In this document: in pieces, positions 54,372 through 64,000 of the stretch
How the letters are laid out: each line of letters starts with the position of its first letter
How positions within the stretch are numbered: position 1 is the stretch's first letter
Source: an uncultured Pseudomonadota bacterium
GTDB taxonomy: Bacteria; Babelota; Babeliae; Babelales; RVW-14
Assembly: GCA_964568625.1 (NCBI GenBank)
Contig: CAZMQG010000004.1
Span: 16,289 to 80,288 of the forward strand
Length of the DNA stretch: 64,000 nucleotides
Direction of reading: 5' to 3'
Made by a program: the position numbers and the translations under genes
Notes under the pieces: generated by a model
The model's database searches: none
What the model was told of the DNA's origin: nothing
What the model saw: only the letters and a program-made list of their open reading frames with translations

Positions 54372-54962
54372 ATGAGAAATAAGGGTCGATTATTTATAGT
54401 TGCAGCTCCATCTGGAGCCGGAAAGACATCAGTTGTAACAAACGTAATCTCAAAATTAAAACAGACTTTACCAATCGAAAGAGTTGTAACATTCACAACA
54501 CGGTCACAAAGACCTGGTGAGGTAAACAACCTTGATTATAATTTTTTGACTGAAGAAGAATTTTTAAAGAAACAAAATGAAAATTATTTTCTCGAAACAA
54601 CAAAATATAATGGTTATTACTATGGCTCTCCTAAATCTATAATTCAAGATATGAAAAATGGGAAATCTTTCATATTAATTACCGACACTGCCGGCGCAAA
54701 TAATTTTAAAAAAAACATAGTAACGGACGCAATAACAATTTGGATCACCGTTCCAAACATTCATGAATTGCGAAAAAGGCTTGAAAAACGCCACACAGAC
54801 TCACTGGATGTAGTTGAAAAACGTCTAGAAATTGCACGACATGAGATAGAGAAAGAGGCAAAAGAAAAAAGTTTTAACTATCACGTACAAAATAATAATA
54901 TGGATGATGCTGTTAACGATATTATAAAGATAATTAAGCAAAATCTTGAATCTAATAATTAA
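54372..54962 (+). CDS. gmk: Guanylate kinase
   Basis: LFIVAAPSGAGKTSVV (P-loop), TTRSQRPGEVNNLDYNFLTEEEF, YYYGSPK. Confidence 0.92.
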   Translation: MRNKGRLFIVAAPSGAGKTSVVTNVISKLKQTLPIERVVTFTTRSQRPGEVNNLDYNFLTEEEFLKKQNENYFLETTKYNGYYYGSPKSIIQDMKNGKSFILITDTAGANNFKKNIVTDAITIWITVPNIHELRKRLEKRHTDSLDVVEKRLEIARHEIEKEAKEKSFNYHVQNNNMDDAVNDIIKIIKQNLESNN

Positions 54963-54999
54963 ATTTAAATACTGTATTAAAATAGAAACAAGGGAATAT

Positions 55000-56061
55000 A
55001 TGTATTTTCCAAAGAAAGCAATTTTTTTATTTCTCTGTACAATACTCGCTTTTATCAAGCTTAATGCAATTAAGCAAAGCCTAGGGTCAGTACATCTGGA
55101 TGCAATAGTCGAATATTTTAAAGATAAAAATAATTTAACTATGGTTTTGGGTGCCGGGGATATGGAACACGATTACGCTGACACAGAAAAACAACAAGCA
55201 CGATTTAAGGGATACACTTTTCTTGTAAATAATAATCTTACAGAAGCGATGAAAAAGCGAATGCTTAAAGCAAAAACAATCGAAGATGCCATTAATGAAT
55301 TAGAACAAAAGCTTTCTGATGGTCAAAAAGAACCTATTCCTCTCCCCTTGGATTTTAATGATAAAGAGTTTTTCATGTTCTTAAAAAATTTTCCTGAAAA
55401 ATTTAATTTGATTATTTTCGACTACGCTGTCTCAAAATTTATAAACACTGATTCGTGGAACAATTTCGGCTGGAATACTAAAACTGGGCTTCCTATCTTA
55501 TTCAAGGCATTGAAATATGGTGGAGAATTTTACATTGATAGCGTTAATCCCGGTGGAAGCGAGGTGGCACGATTTTTAAATAATAGAGTATTAGATCAAT
55601 TTAGTCGAATAATTTCTGGCATACAAATTATTAATAATATTATGAGCTATGATCGATTAAATCTAACAAATTATCTCGTTCAAAAAACTTATAGTATCGT
55701 AAATGTACCTGATAACATTCAAGCAGGTGATAATGTTACAAAAAAAGAAGGCACCAACAATTTTATCGCTCCTAGTAATGAATGCAGGCGAAATCATGCT
55801 ATAAAATTATTAAACGACATAGGATTTAAAGCTGAGTACAAAGAAAATTCCCCATATCCACTTCAAATGGCATGGATCAAGAATTCATTATTAAAAGATA
55901 AAGAAAATGTTTTTGAGCATTACAACTACATTTTAGCCAAAAAAACAATCTCTTTAGAAAAAAACTTAAGCCAACTCAAAAATTCGCTTGTTCAATTAAA
56001 ATCAAAGCTCAAAACACTGAATACAGAGATAGTAATGTTAAAATCAGCGCTTGCTCATTAA
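55000..56061 (+). CDS. Hypothetical secreted/anchored protein with a possible Rossmann-like core and C-terminal coiled coil
   Basis: The ATG follows AAGGGA. Leader MYFPKKAIFLFLCTILAFIKLNA. MVLGAGD, FNLIIFDYAVSKF, LKYGGEFYIDS. C-terminal LSQLKNSLVQLKSKLKTLNTEIVMLKSAL. Confidence 0.55.
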   Translation: MYFPKKAIFLFLCTILAFIKLNAIKQSLGSVHLDAIVEYFKDKNNLTMVLGAGDMEHDYADTEKQQARFKGYTFLVNNNLTEAMKKRMLKAKTIEDAINELEQKLSDGQKEPIPLPLDFNDKEFFMFLKNFPEKFNLIIFDYAVSKFINTDSWNNFGWNTKTGLPILFKALKYGGEFYIDSVNPGGSEVARFLNNRVLDQFSRIISGIQIINNIMSYDRLNLTNYLVQKTYSIVNVPDNIQAGDNVTKKEGTNNFIAPSNECRRNHAIKLLNDIGFKAEYKENSPYPLQMAWIKNSLLKDKENVFEHYNYILAKKTISLEKNLSQLKNSLVQLKSKLKTLNTEIVMLKSALAH

Positions 56062-56075
56062 GACAAGAACGTGGT

Positions 56076-56975
56076 TTAAGCCTTAAAATCTTTAGCCGAC
56101 AATTCTTCCCTATAAAAAACATATAAACCAAGCGCAACCAAGACCAACGATGCAAAATGATGCCAGGTTATCTGTCCGCCAAAAAACAGCCATTCATAAA
56201 CAGTTCCAAATGTTGGCGAAAGAAATCCGGCAAACGTAACAAACGTAATTGAATAATAACGTAAAAGCCACCCATAAAAGTTATAAACTATTATATTTGC
56301 TGCTAAAATTAACAATAAAAGCCAAAACAAGAACATTGGCCAATTCGAAACCGGATTAGTAAATCCCTCAAATATTCCTGATGTTAAAAGGCTCATAACT
56401 CCTCCAATCAGCATCGCAACCCCATTGATCATTCCAAGCCCATAGCCTTTGTCCATAAGCTGTTTAACCAAAAACCAAGCATATGCCCCTGAGATAACGG
56501 CTAAAAATAAAACGCATTCCGGTAATGAAATATAGGCAATCTCTTTAAACGACTCACCACACCCGGACTGAAGAGCCAAAATCGGTGCTAATCCGCCAAG
56601 TCCGATAATTATACCTAAAACTTTTTGCCAGGAGAGACGTTCTTTCAACAGAACATATGAAAGTATCGCCGCAATAAATGGCGTTGCCGAATAGATTATT
56701 GTAATTTTTAAAGCAGAAAGATACTGCATTGACCAAAATTCAAAGATAAAAGAGAAATAGATGTGAAACAGGGCTACTTTAAAAAATAACCAGTAATCAC
56801 TTTTGTTAATTAAAAACTTACTTTTACTAAAAAAACGCTGGTACGTAAGCAGAATTGTTCCAGCCAAAATCATTCTGAACCCGATAAGAAAAAAAGGATG
56901 AGCATAGGCCAACGTTTTTTTTGCAAAAACAAAGGTCAATGCCAAAATTGAATACATAAGAACTACCAAAAACAT
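56076..56975 (-). CDS. EamA/DMT-superfamily transporter
   Basis: 299 aa, ten predicted TM helices in two EamA-like halves (LFHIYFSFIFEFWSMQYLSALKITIIYSATPFIAAILSYVLLKERL). Confidence 0.8.
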   Translation of the reverse strand: MFLVVLMYSILALTFVFAKKTLAYAHPFFLIGFRMILAGTILLTYQRFFSKSKFLINKSDYWLFFKVALFHIYFSFIFEFWSMQYLSALKITIIYSATPFIAAILSYVLLKERLSWQKVLGIIIGLGGLAPILALQSGCGESFKEIAYISLPECVLFLAVISGAYAWFLVKQLMDKGYGLGMINGVAMLIGGVMSLLTSGIFEGFTNPVSNWPMFLFWLLLLILAANIIVYNFYGWLLRYYSITFVTFAGFLSPTFGTVYEWLFFGGQITWHHFASLVLVALGLYVFYREELSAKDFKA

Positions 56976-56993
56976 CTTTATTTCCTTTATTGA

Positions 56994-58034
56994 TTAATTT
57001 TTGTTTCTAAAAACATAAAAAATGCTTACAAAAGCCGCTAAAAACAATGGCCCAAATAATATGAGCATCGACAATGCAAAACAAGCACTAAGAGCTTGCG
57101 CAACTGCAATCGATATATATGAAGCAAAAAAGAGCAATCCGCTTGTTGTAATTGCCACTAATAAATTACTTTTCTTTCTACCAAATCTAAATATGAAAAA
57201 AATTCCTAAAATTGGAAAAAAGAAAAGCCATAATATTTGAGATACTCTTTTTAAAAACTCCCATAATACCTCTATATCTTGCTGCAACTTTTCAAATAAT
57301 TGAGTTACGTTCCAAAACTTAAGGACATTTAGAGATTTATTATCTTTTTCAAGATTTAATAATTTATCCGTGTTTATATTTGATTCTTTAAATACCGCAG
57401 AATATCGTTTATCGGCACTAATCGTACAAACTGATCCATCAAGCAAAAAAACACTATTATCGCGAAAAAAGCCCTCTCTTGCCGTAAAAATAAACTGTTC
57501 ATTTTGCTTATTACTAAATGCCAAAAAAATTGTATTAAATTTTGGCACTCCACCCTCATATCGTCTTTCTTTGAAAAAAAATGTAAATCCAGGATACGGA
57601 GAATGAAATTTTTGAGGTTCCAAATTGTAAAACTGCTTTTTAGCCAATTCAATAATAATCTGTTTACCAATTAAATAACTGCGCGGAGCAAATTCAAAAA
57701 CAAGCGGTGTATAAAAAATTGTAAGTATAAATGCAAATGCAACTACTGATAAGCAAAGTGCATTGTACGCAGACTTAAAAAACTTAAGAATTATAAGCTC
57801 ATCTTCAATCAAAAATTGACCAATAACTACCTGAACCGCAACTCCCGCCGCAATCGGTACAGCATATATTGCCATAAATGGAAGCATCACAAGAAAAATC
57901 TGCAATAGTCCCATCGGAGTGGAAATCATTTGAATGCGCAAAATGAGATTACTGACTCCAAGCACTGCCGTAATAATTAAAAAAACAATAAAAAATTGTT
58001 TTAAAAAGCGATTTAAAAAAAAGAAAAATAACAC
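56994..58034 (-). CDS. LptF/LptG-family LPS export permease
   Basis: N-terminal FLNRFLKQFFIVFLIITAVLGVSNLI, typical of YjgP/YjgQ permeases. Periplasmic beta-jellyroll middle and C-terminal TM helices. Start set to GTG 58034, just after the ymdB stop; the ORF track extends to 58085. Confidence 0.75.
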   Translation of the reverse strand: MLFFFFLNRFLKQFFIVFLIITAVLGVSNLILRIQMISTPMGLLQIFLVMLPFMAIYAVPIAAGVAVQVVIGQFLIEDELIILKFFKSAYNALCLSVVAFAFILTIFYTPLVFEFAPRSYLIGKQIIIELAKKQFYNLEPQKFHSPYPGFTFFFKERRYEGGVPKFNTIFLAFSNKQNEQFIFTAREGFFRDNSVFLLDGSVCTISADKRYSAVFKESNINTDKLLNLEKDNKSLNVLKFWNVTQLFEKLQQDIEVLWEFLKRVSQILWLFFFPILGIFFIFRFGRKKSNLLVAITTSGLLFFASYISIAVAQALSACFALSMLILFGPLFLAAFVSIFYVFRNKN

Positions 58035-58035
58035 A

Positions 58036-58878
58036 TCAATTCTCTTTTTTATCTCCAACCAGAGTCCTATGCAACTCTTCGTCAATTATATTCACACGTT
58101 CAACAAAAAGTGCTTTTCCCGTTTCTACATCAACATTTACAATAATTCCACTTAACTCCAAAGGACCAGACTCTTCAACAACGATCGAACCCATTTTTTG
58201 AAAAAACAAAAACTTTTTCAAAATTCCATCAGCCTGCATTCCTATAACTGAATTTCTAGCACCACTGCTGCCCAAGTCAGTCATATATGCTGTTCCTTTT
58301 GGAAGAATTTGTGAATCTGAAGTTTGAACGTGAGTATGAGTTCCAAAAACACCTGAAACTCTCCCGTCAAGATACAATCCCATTGCTTTTTTTTCAGATG
58401 TAGCCTCGGCATGGAAATCAACAAAAATTATATTGGTTTTGGTTTTTATAAATGTTAAAAGAGAATCAATTGCTCTAAAAGGACAATCCAAGTGATCTCT
58501 AACAAAGACTCTTCCATGCAGGTTGACAACAGCAATCGTATATCCTTCTAACTCGAAGAATGTGAACCCTTTACCTGGACAGCCCGGCGGATAATTTGCC
58601 GGGCGAATAACATCTTCTCTTGAATTTAAAGTATTGTAAAATTCCCTATTTTCCCATACATGATTACCGGTTGTTATAACCGACACACCAACGTGTTTGA
58701 AAAAATCAATATTTTTCAAAGTAATACCGCGTCCATTTTTAGCGGCATTTTCACCATTTACAATAACAGAATCAATAGAATACTGCTCTTTGAGTTTTGG
58801 TACCCATTTTTGAAACATCATCAAACCGGGTTGACCAATAACATCACCAATAAATAAAAACTTTAATATCTTGGTCAT
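58036..58878 (-). CDS. ymdB: YmdB-family metallophosphoesterase (2',3'-cyclic-nucleotide 2'-phosphodiesterase)
   Basis: ILKFLFIGDVIGQPG, VIVNGENAAKNGRGIT, TTGNHVWE, VDFHAEATSEK, GTHTHVQTSD. Conserved position downstream of rny. Confidence 0.9.
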   Translation of the reverse strand: MTKILKFLFIGDVIGQPGLMMFQKWVPKLKEQYSIDSVIVNGENAAKNGRGITLKNIDFFKHVGVSVITTGNHVWENREFYNTLNSREDVIRPANYPPGCPGKGFTFFELEGYTIAVVNLHGRVFVRDHLDCPFRAIDSLLTFIKTKTNIIFVDFHAEATSEKKAMGLYLDGRVSGVFGTHTHVQTSDSQILPKGTAYMTDLGSSGARNSVIGMQADGILKKFLFFQKMGSIVVEESGPLELSGIIVNVDVETGKALFVERVNIIDEELHRTLVGDKKEN

Positions 58879-58882
58879 TATA

Positions 58883-60442
58883 TTACCTTGCGGCAACAAT
58901 AAAACGTTTCTCACGAATTACGTTTACTTTTATTTCACCAGGAAACGCCAATTCAACTTCAATTTTTTTGGCAAGATCACCGGCCAAAACAGCTGCTCTG
59001 TCATCATCAAGTCGATCTTCATCAACAATAACTCTAATTTCGCGACCAGCTTGCAATGCATAAGCCTTTTTAACACCTTCAAATGTTCCTGCCATATCTT
59101 CAAGAGATTCTAAACGTTTAATGTAGGTAGATAATGTCTCTTTTCTGGCACCAGGCCTTGATGCAGAAATTGCATCGGCAATATGTATAATAATTCCATA
59201 GGGATTGCTTGATGGAACCTCTTCGTGGTGACTTGCAATTGCATTAACAATAATTGGATCTTCTCCGTACTCTTTTGCAAAATTAGCACCAACAACTGCG
59301 TGAGTTCCCTCAACTTCTGCTGAAATCGCTTTACCTATATCATGCAATAGTCCAGCCCTTGCCGCAATGTCAGGATCAAGTCCAAGCTCCGATGCAATCA
59401 TTCTTGAAAAGTATGCAACTTCCTTGCTATGCACCAAGTTATTTTGAGTGTAACTCGTTCTAAAATACAGTTTTCCTAGTTGCTTTGAAATTTCCGGATT
59501 AATACCTCTAAATCCAAATTCTAAAACCGTAGTCTGACCAATTTCCGAAACCGTTTGCTCTAATTCTTCTTCGCATTTAGCAACTGTTTCCTCTATTCTA
59601 CTTGGATTAATTCTACCATCAATAATAAGTTTATTAAGCGCTCGCTTTGCAACTTCACGACGAATAGGATTAAACCCTGAGATTGTAATGACTTCAGGGG
59701 TATCTCCAATAACAAATTCCATCCCTGTTGCCATCTCAAGAGCTTTAATATTGCGACCTTCTTTACCGATGATACGCCCCTTCATCTCATCATTAGGAAG
59801 ATTTATGACACTTGATGTATGTAAGGTTACAGTATCAGAAAGATATCGTTGCATCGAACTTGTTAAAATTTCAATTGATTTTTCCTTTGCCAACTCTCTG
59901 GCATCGGTTTCAATTTTGGAAACCCATTTTTGACTTGCAATTTTGACTTCACGTTCTAATGACTCAAATAAAACCTTTTTTGCCTCATCCTGTTTCATTC
60001 CACTGATTTTTTCAAGCTTTGCAACAAGATCTTCATAAAGTTTTTTGATTTTAACTTCATCAACTGCAAATGCATCTAATCTGCGTGAAAGATCACGTTC
60101 TTTTTGCTGCAAATCACGTCTCAAATCATCAAGAACGGCTTCTCTTTGATCAATAGCATCTTCTTTTTTTTGATATTTAGCTTGAAGCTGTTGCAACTCG
60201 ATTTTGCCTTTTTTTACTTCAATATCAAACTCAGACCTCTTTTTATGCAACTCATTTTTAAGATCAAGCATTGCTTCACGACGATCTTTTTCAATTTGAT
60301 CCCTTGCAGTCTGAAGCATGTTTTGCACACTTTGGTGTGTTTGAAAAAGTTTATTTTTTTGATTAACAAAGTAAATAAATAAAGAAAGAAATCCCAGCAC
60401 AAATCCTGCGCCAAGAAGACTTAGTTCGAATATCAAGAACAT
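58883..60442 (-). CDS. rny: Ribonuclease Y
   Basis: N-terminal TM helix, coiled coil, KH domain IIGKEGRNIKALE, HD domain LLHDIGKA. Confidence 0.95.
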   Translation of the reverse strand: MFLIFELSLLGAGFVLGFLSLFIYFVNQKNKLFQTHQSVQNMLQTARDQIEKDRREAMLDLKNELHKKRSEFDIEVKKGKIELQQLQAKYQKKEDAIDQREAVLDDLRRDLQQKERDLSRRLDAFAVDEVKIKKLYEDLVAKLEKISGMKQDEAKKVLFESLEREVKIASQKWVSKIETDARELAKEKSIEILTSSMQRYLSDTVTLHTSSVINLPNDEMKGRIIGKEGRNIKALEMATGMEFVIGDTPEVITISGFNPIRREVAKRALNKLIIDGRINPSRIEETVAKCEEELEQTVSEIGQTTVLEFGFRGINPEISKQLGKLYFRTSYTQNNLVHSKEVAYFSRMIASELGLDPDIAARAGLLHDIGKAISAEVEGTHAVVGANFAKEYGEDPIIVNAIASHHEEVPSSNPYGIIIHIADAISASRPGARKETLSTYIKRLESLEDMAGTFEGVKKAYALQAGREIRVIVDEDRLDDDRAAVLAGDLAKKIEVELAFPGEIKVNVIREKRFIVAAR

Positions 60443-60610
60443 TTTATTATCCCCATCTCAAAAGCTAGATTAAAATAAAAATTAAAACTTATAAAACTTT
60501 GTGAGAATAGAGAATAGTCAAAAGAATTGCATCCTATAGCATCTCTTCTTAAAAAATGCCACAACCCTTTATAACTTACACAAAAAATTGATAGCTATAA
60601 TGTAAATATC

Positions 60611-60886
60611 TCAACGTATTTCAGCTTGAACCAAATCATTTAGTTGCTCAATCTTACGTTCAAATCCATTGAGTTTGCCCAGCGCCTTATTAAGTTCAGT
60701 AGCCAATTGCAATGCGACAATAATTGCCGCTTTACCATCATCGACTAAAGGACCTTTTGTTGCACTTTCTTTAAGCATACTATCAACCAAATGTGCTGCT
60801 GCAAAAACATCTTCCTGCGTCTCATCGGTATTAATGAGATAACTTTTACCAAGAATCGATATTTTTAACTTTTTTTGTCCATCCAT
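60611..60886 (-). CDS. zapA: Cell division protein ZapA
   Basis: 91 aa. KISILGKSYLINTDETQEDVFAAAHLVDSMLKE, then a coiled-coil tail. Confidence 0.8.
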   Translation of the reverse strand: MDGQKKLKISILGKSYLINTDETQEDVFAAAHLVDSMLKESATKGPLVDDGKAAIIVALQLATELNKALGKLNGFERKIEQLNDLVQAEIR

Positions 60887-60898
60887 GCCATTAAACTT

Positions 60899-61147
60899 CT
60901 AGTTAGAAGAACTCTCAAGAGTGTTAATTGTATTCAATAGACCTTCAACAACATTTCTGATAGCTATTTTTTCATCTTCTAAAGTTGCAAAAGCTCTCTG
61001 CTCACGCAAAAGAGATTCTTCAGATTGATGAACCTTTCCCTTCAAATCTTCATTCTCACGGCTAAGTTCATCAATCTTCACTTTTAATTCTGCATTTGTT
61101 TGGATAAGATGAAGAACCCTATTTTCAAGCTCTTCTAAGCACTTCAT
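60899..61147 (-). CDS. Short coiled-coil protein, ZapB-like
   Basis: 82-aa heptad-rich ORF (LEELENRVLHLIQTNAELKVKIDELSRENEDLK) immediately upstream of zapA. Confidence 0.5.
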   Translation of the reverse strand: MKCLEELENRVLHLIQTNAELKVKIDELSRENEDLKGKVHQSEESLLREQRAFATLEDEKIAIRNVVEGLLNTINTLESSSN

Positions 61148-61243
61148 ATCTCGCTTCCTCTTTTTCTCACAAAACTAAGCATAAAACAACACAACTTATA
61201 ATAATAAGTTGGTTAAAAAAAATTCAACATTTTTGATTTTTTT

Positions 61244-61591
61244 TTACTTTTTGGCCATTGCAGCTAATTCTGCGAATGCTTTTGGCTCCCAAATTGCCAA
61301 TTGACTAAGCATCTTTCTGTTAATCTGAATGTTAAGATTTTTTAGCTTACCCATAAAAACGCTGTAACTTATGCCTTGAGATTTGCAAGCAGCGCTAATT
61401 CTTGTAATAAACAACCCTCTGTAGTCACGTTTTTTCAATTTGCGACCGATAAATGCAAAACGCATTGCACGTAACACTGTCTCTTGGGCTCGTCTGAAAA
61501 CATTTTTGCGTTGTCCCCAAAAACCCTTGGCTCGCTTCAAAACTTTTTTATGTCTTTTTTTGGTATTTACACCGCGTTTAACTCTACTCAT
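61244..61591 (-). CDS. rplT: 50S ribosomal protein L20
   Basis: MSRVKRGVNTKKRHKKVLKRAKGFWG, RDYRGLFITRISAA. Confidence 0.96.
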   Translation of the reverse strand: MSRVKRGVNTKKRHKKVLKRAKGFWGQRKNVFRRAQETVLRAMRFAFIGRKLKKRDYRGLFITRISAACKSQGISYSVFMGKLKNLNIQINRKMLSQLAIWEPKAFAELAAMAKK

Positions 61592-61667
61592 TTAAAACCT
61601 CAATTTCAAATTTATGAAAAACAAATATTAACAAAATAAAAAAATCACTACTTACACAAAATAAAAA

Positions 61668-61862
61668 TTAATAAGGCATTGCTTTAGAAATTTTTCTATT
61701 CTGTGTGGTTTCAAAAAACACACCTGCTCGCAATTCACGATTTTTCTTAGTTCCCTTTGCCCATGCATGATGTCTCTTGTAAGCACGCGATCTTTTAATT
61801 TTACCTTTACAATTTTTAACAAAACGCTTTTTACACGATGAGTTAGTTTTTACTTTAGGCAT
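61668..61862 (-). CDS. rpmI: 50S ribosomal protein L35
   Basis: MPKVKTNSSCKKRF...KRSRAYKRHH. Confidence 0.93.
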   Translation of the reverse strand: MPKVKTNSSCKKRFVKNCKGKIKRSRAYKRHHAWAKGTKKNRELRAGVFFETTQNRKISKAMPY

Positions 61863-61970
61863 TAATAAATCCCTCTAATTCTATTTACAATCTGAAAAAA
61901 TTTTTATTTTAAAACAATACCAGTTTATAAGCCATTTTAACATATAAATTCAAAAATGCCAGGGCAAAAT

Positions 61971-62546
61971 TTACTTCTCTTTAAGAAAGTATATCTTGGA
62001 CCAAACCACGCCACCCCGGCTATCTTTTTCCTCAACAATAGTGCCAATATTCCTTGCCGCCAAATCCTGAGATATTCGCGCAAAGAGTTTATTACCAAAT
62101 TCATCCATTTTTGGCACCTCACGCCCCTTGAATTGGAGCGTAAACTTCACCTTATTACCGTCCTTAAAAAAGCTCTCCGCCTTATTCAACTTTGTCTTGT
62201 AATCCTGATCGTCAATACTTGGTCGAATTTTAATCTCTTTAACCAGAATCACTTTCTGATGCTTCTTAGCCTCACAAAGTTGCTTTTTCTTCTCATAAAT
62301 AAATTTGCCAAAATTCATTATTCTGGCTATTACTACTGAATCCTTTTCCCCCACCTGGACAAGATCCATACCCTCAGCTTCAGCTATAGACAAGGCCTGA
62401 CGCTTAGATATGGCCCCTAAATTCTCACCATTTCCGCCAATTACCATAACTGTGTCAGCTTTTATACCTTCATTTACTCGGTACTTGCTCTGTAAATCTT
62501 GGTTATTATCTTTAAATTTATTCACAAACAAATCCCTGGCTATCAA
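61971..62546 (-). CDS. infC: Translation initiation factor IF-3
   Basis: [60 protein letters not shown]-terminal domain. The start codon is uncertain (non-ATG, TTG/ATA region overlapping the recA end). Confidence 0.9.
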   Translation of the reverse strand: MIARDLFVNKFKDNNQDLQSKYRVNEGIKADTVMVIGGNGENLGAISKRQALSIAEAEGMDLVQVGEKDSVVIARIMNFGKFIYEKKKQLCEAKKHQKVILVKEIKIRPSIDDQDYKTKLNKAESFFKDGNKVKFTLQFKGREVPKMDEFGNKLFARISQDLAARNIGTIVEEKDSRGGVVWSKIYFLKEK

Positions 62547-63585
62547 TTTTTTCTTTTACGCCACTTAACAATGCATCTAACAACTTCTTATCCTCCTTAA
62601 TTTTTTTAACACAGTTTTCACGCCCTTGGCCAAGCCGTTCATTTTCATATGTGAACCAAGCGCCACCTTGCTTTATAATTCCAAATTGTAGAGCTGCATC
62701 CAAGATTTCTAATTCAACACTAATTCCTTCTCCAAAAACAAGGTCTACCTCTACTTTTTTAAAGGGTGGAGCAACCTTATTTTTTACAATCTTAACAGAA
62801 ACCCTATTTCCAAAGGCTATATCACCTTTTTTTAGGGTTGCAATTTTTCTAATTTCAATTCTTACTGAAGAGTAAAATTTCAAAGCATTTCCGCCTGTAG
62901 TAGTCTCATTTGGGCCAAATGACGGCATTCCATGACTAATTTTACTTCTTATCTGATTTATAAAAATCAAAATTGTCTTGGACTTATGAACAACCGCTGT
63001 AAGCTTTCGTAGGGCTTGAGACATTAACCTGGCTTGTAAACCCATATGCGAATCCCCCATGTCCCCTTCCAATTCAGCCTTTGGAACCAATGCTGCAACT
63101 GAATCGACTATAATTAGGTCTACTGCATTAGATCTTACAAGCATCTCAGTAATTTCAAGGGCCTGCTCTCCAAAATCAGGTTGTGAAATAATTAATTCAT
63201 TAACATTTACACCAACTTTTGTAGCATATGATGGATCCATTGCATGTTCTGCATCTATATAAGCACAAACACCGCCCTTTTTCTGCACCTGAGAAATTGC
63301 ATGTAAAGCAAGTGTTGATTTACCAGATGATTCAGGCCCAAAAATTTCAATAATTCTACCTTTAGGAAATCCTCCAACTCCAAGAGCCGAGTCAATCAAA
63401 ATTGAACCGGTTGAAACTACTTCAATTTTTGTATCTGTTTTTTGGCCCAGTAACATTACTGAGCCATTTCCAAATTCTTTATCAATCTGAGCAAAAGTCG
63501 ATTCTAACGACTTAAACTTCTCAGGGGATATCTTTAGCAATGCTGAACTTTGCGTGTCTTTTGATGTTGATACTTCTTTTGACAT
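62518..63585 (-). CDS. recA: Recombinase A
   Basis: [17 protein letters not shown] (Walker A), [26 protein letters not shown]. Confidence 0.97.
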   Translation of the reverse strand: MSKEVSTSKDTQSSALLKISPEKFKSLESTFAQIDKEFGNGSVMLLGQKTDTKIEVVSTGSILIDSALGVGGFPKGRIIEIFGPESSGKSTLALHAISQVQKKGGVCAYIDAEHAMDPSYATKVGVNVNELIISQPDFGEQALEITEMLVRSNAVDLIIVDSVAALVPKAELEGDMGDSHMGLQARLMSQALRKLTAVVHKSKTILIFINQIRSKISHGMPSFGPNETTTGGNALKFYSSVRIEIRKIATLKKGDIAFGNRVSVKIVKNKVAPPFKKVEVDLVFGEGISVELEILDAALQFGIIKQGGAWFTYENERLGQGRENCVKKIKEDKKLLDALLSGVKEKIDSQGFVCE

Positions 63586-64000
63586 TAAATGTCTTTCGAG
63601 TGGTTTTTATGTAAACTTAATACTTTCTTATCCATATCTATTTTAGCATTTCTTAGCAATGATGCAATAAACGCATTCGTATGCTTCCTTGATTCCTTCA
63701 AATTTTCTTTATTTTTAATATCATCCTTTTTATCTTCAAATCGCTGAGCATCATCGTATTGAATAGATTTTAAAGTGACTAAATAATAGTCATTGTCATA
63801 AGAATCCTGCAATACCTGTTTTTTATCAGAAATTATAAACATTTTACTTAATAAAGGCATTTTATCATCAAATCCTTGGATTTTATCGCCTTTTTTTATA
63901 AAACCTGTTTCTATAACCTTAATTCCATTTCGAGTAGCAGCATCTTTTAATGTTGTCTGGGAATTAAGTATATCCGCCTTAATCTGACTCACAGCTTTAC
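63585..64000 (-). CDS. Partial CDS (3' part; open to the window edge), possibly a PpiD/SurA-like periplasmic chaperone C-terminus
   Basis: The reading frame stays open through 64000. The TAA overlaps the recA ATG (TAATG). Only weak resemblance to the PpiD C-terminal region. Confidence 0.35.
   Translation of the reverse strand, partial: KAVSQIKADILNSQTTLKDAATRNGIKVIETGFIKKGDKIQGFDDKMPLLSKMFIISDKKQVLQDSYDNDYYLVTLKSIQYDDAQRFEDKKDDIKNKENLKESRKHTNAFIASLLRNAKIDMDKKVLSLHKNHSKDI

Noticed and set aside
39882-63585. Checked large housekeeping genes (gyrA, dnaB, recA, ileS) for inteins or introns.
   Set aside because: All have ordinary lengths and uninterrupted motif order, with no insertion at the usual intein sites.

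Overview
This is a strongly AT-rich bacterial chromosome segment with about 70 protein-coding genes. I recognised no rRNA genes, tRNA genes or CRISPR arrays. Housekeeping genes form the backbone: gyrA, dprA, maf, murB, ileS, lnt, rplI, dnaB, ruvC, recF, dnaN, xerC/D-type recombinase, proS, gmk, lptF/G, ymdB, rny, zapA, rplT, rpmI, infC, recA. Between them sit many lineage-specific ORFs carrying signal peptides and several eukaryote-like proteins: four ankyrin-repeat proteins (one with an F-box), an RNI-type LRR protein, a deubiquitinase-like Cys/His protein, a secreted protein with a classical NLS, and a Gly/Tyr/Ser-rich low-complexity protein. By inference, this content fits a host-associated or intracellular diderm bacterium of protists (Dependentiae/TM6-like or similar). 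I cannot verify the taxon from the sequence alone. No single obvious new multi-gene system stands out. The most system-like candidates are: (1) an 8-kb CDP-sugar locus (16.3-24.5 kb) with a split transketolase, a polyprenyl-phosphate GT2, and a GT-C transferase disrupted by a T7 frameshift plus one in-frame TAA; (2) a divergent unit at 33.5-39.3 kb that pairs two secreted low-complexity proteins with three minor-pseudopilin genes and lnt; (3) tandem paralogs with a Rossmann-like motif at 7.7-10.6 kb. Non-coding observations include GC-rich palindromic repeat modules (one fused to coding ends), perfect 40-bp inverted repeats bracketing one protease gene, a dif-like site at a convergent strand switch, and recurrent 5-codon tandem duplications inside ORFs. 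All functional calls rest on motifs I recognised by eye in the supplied translations; no database search was run.
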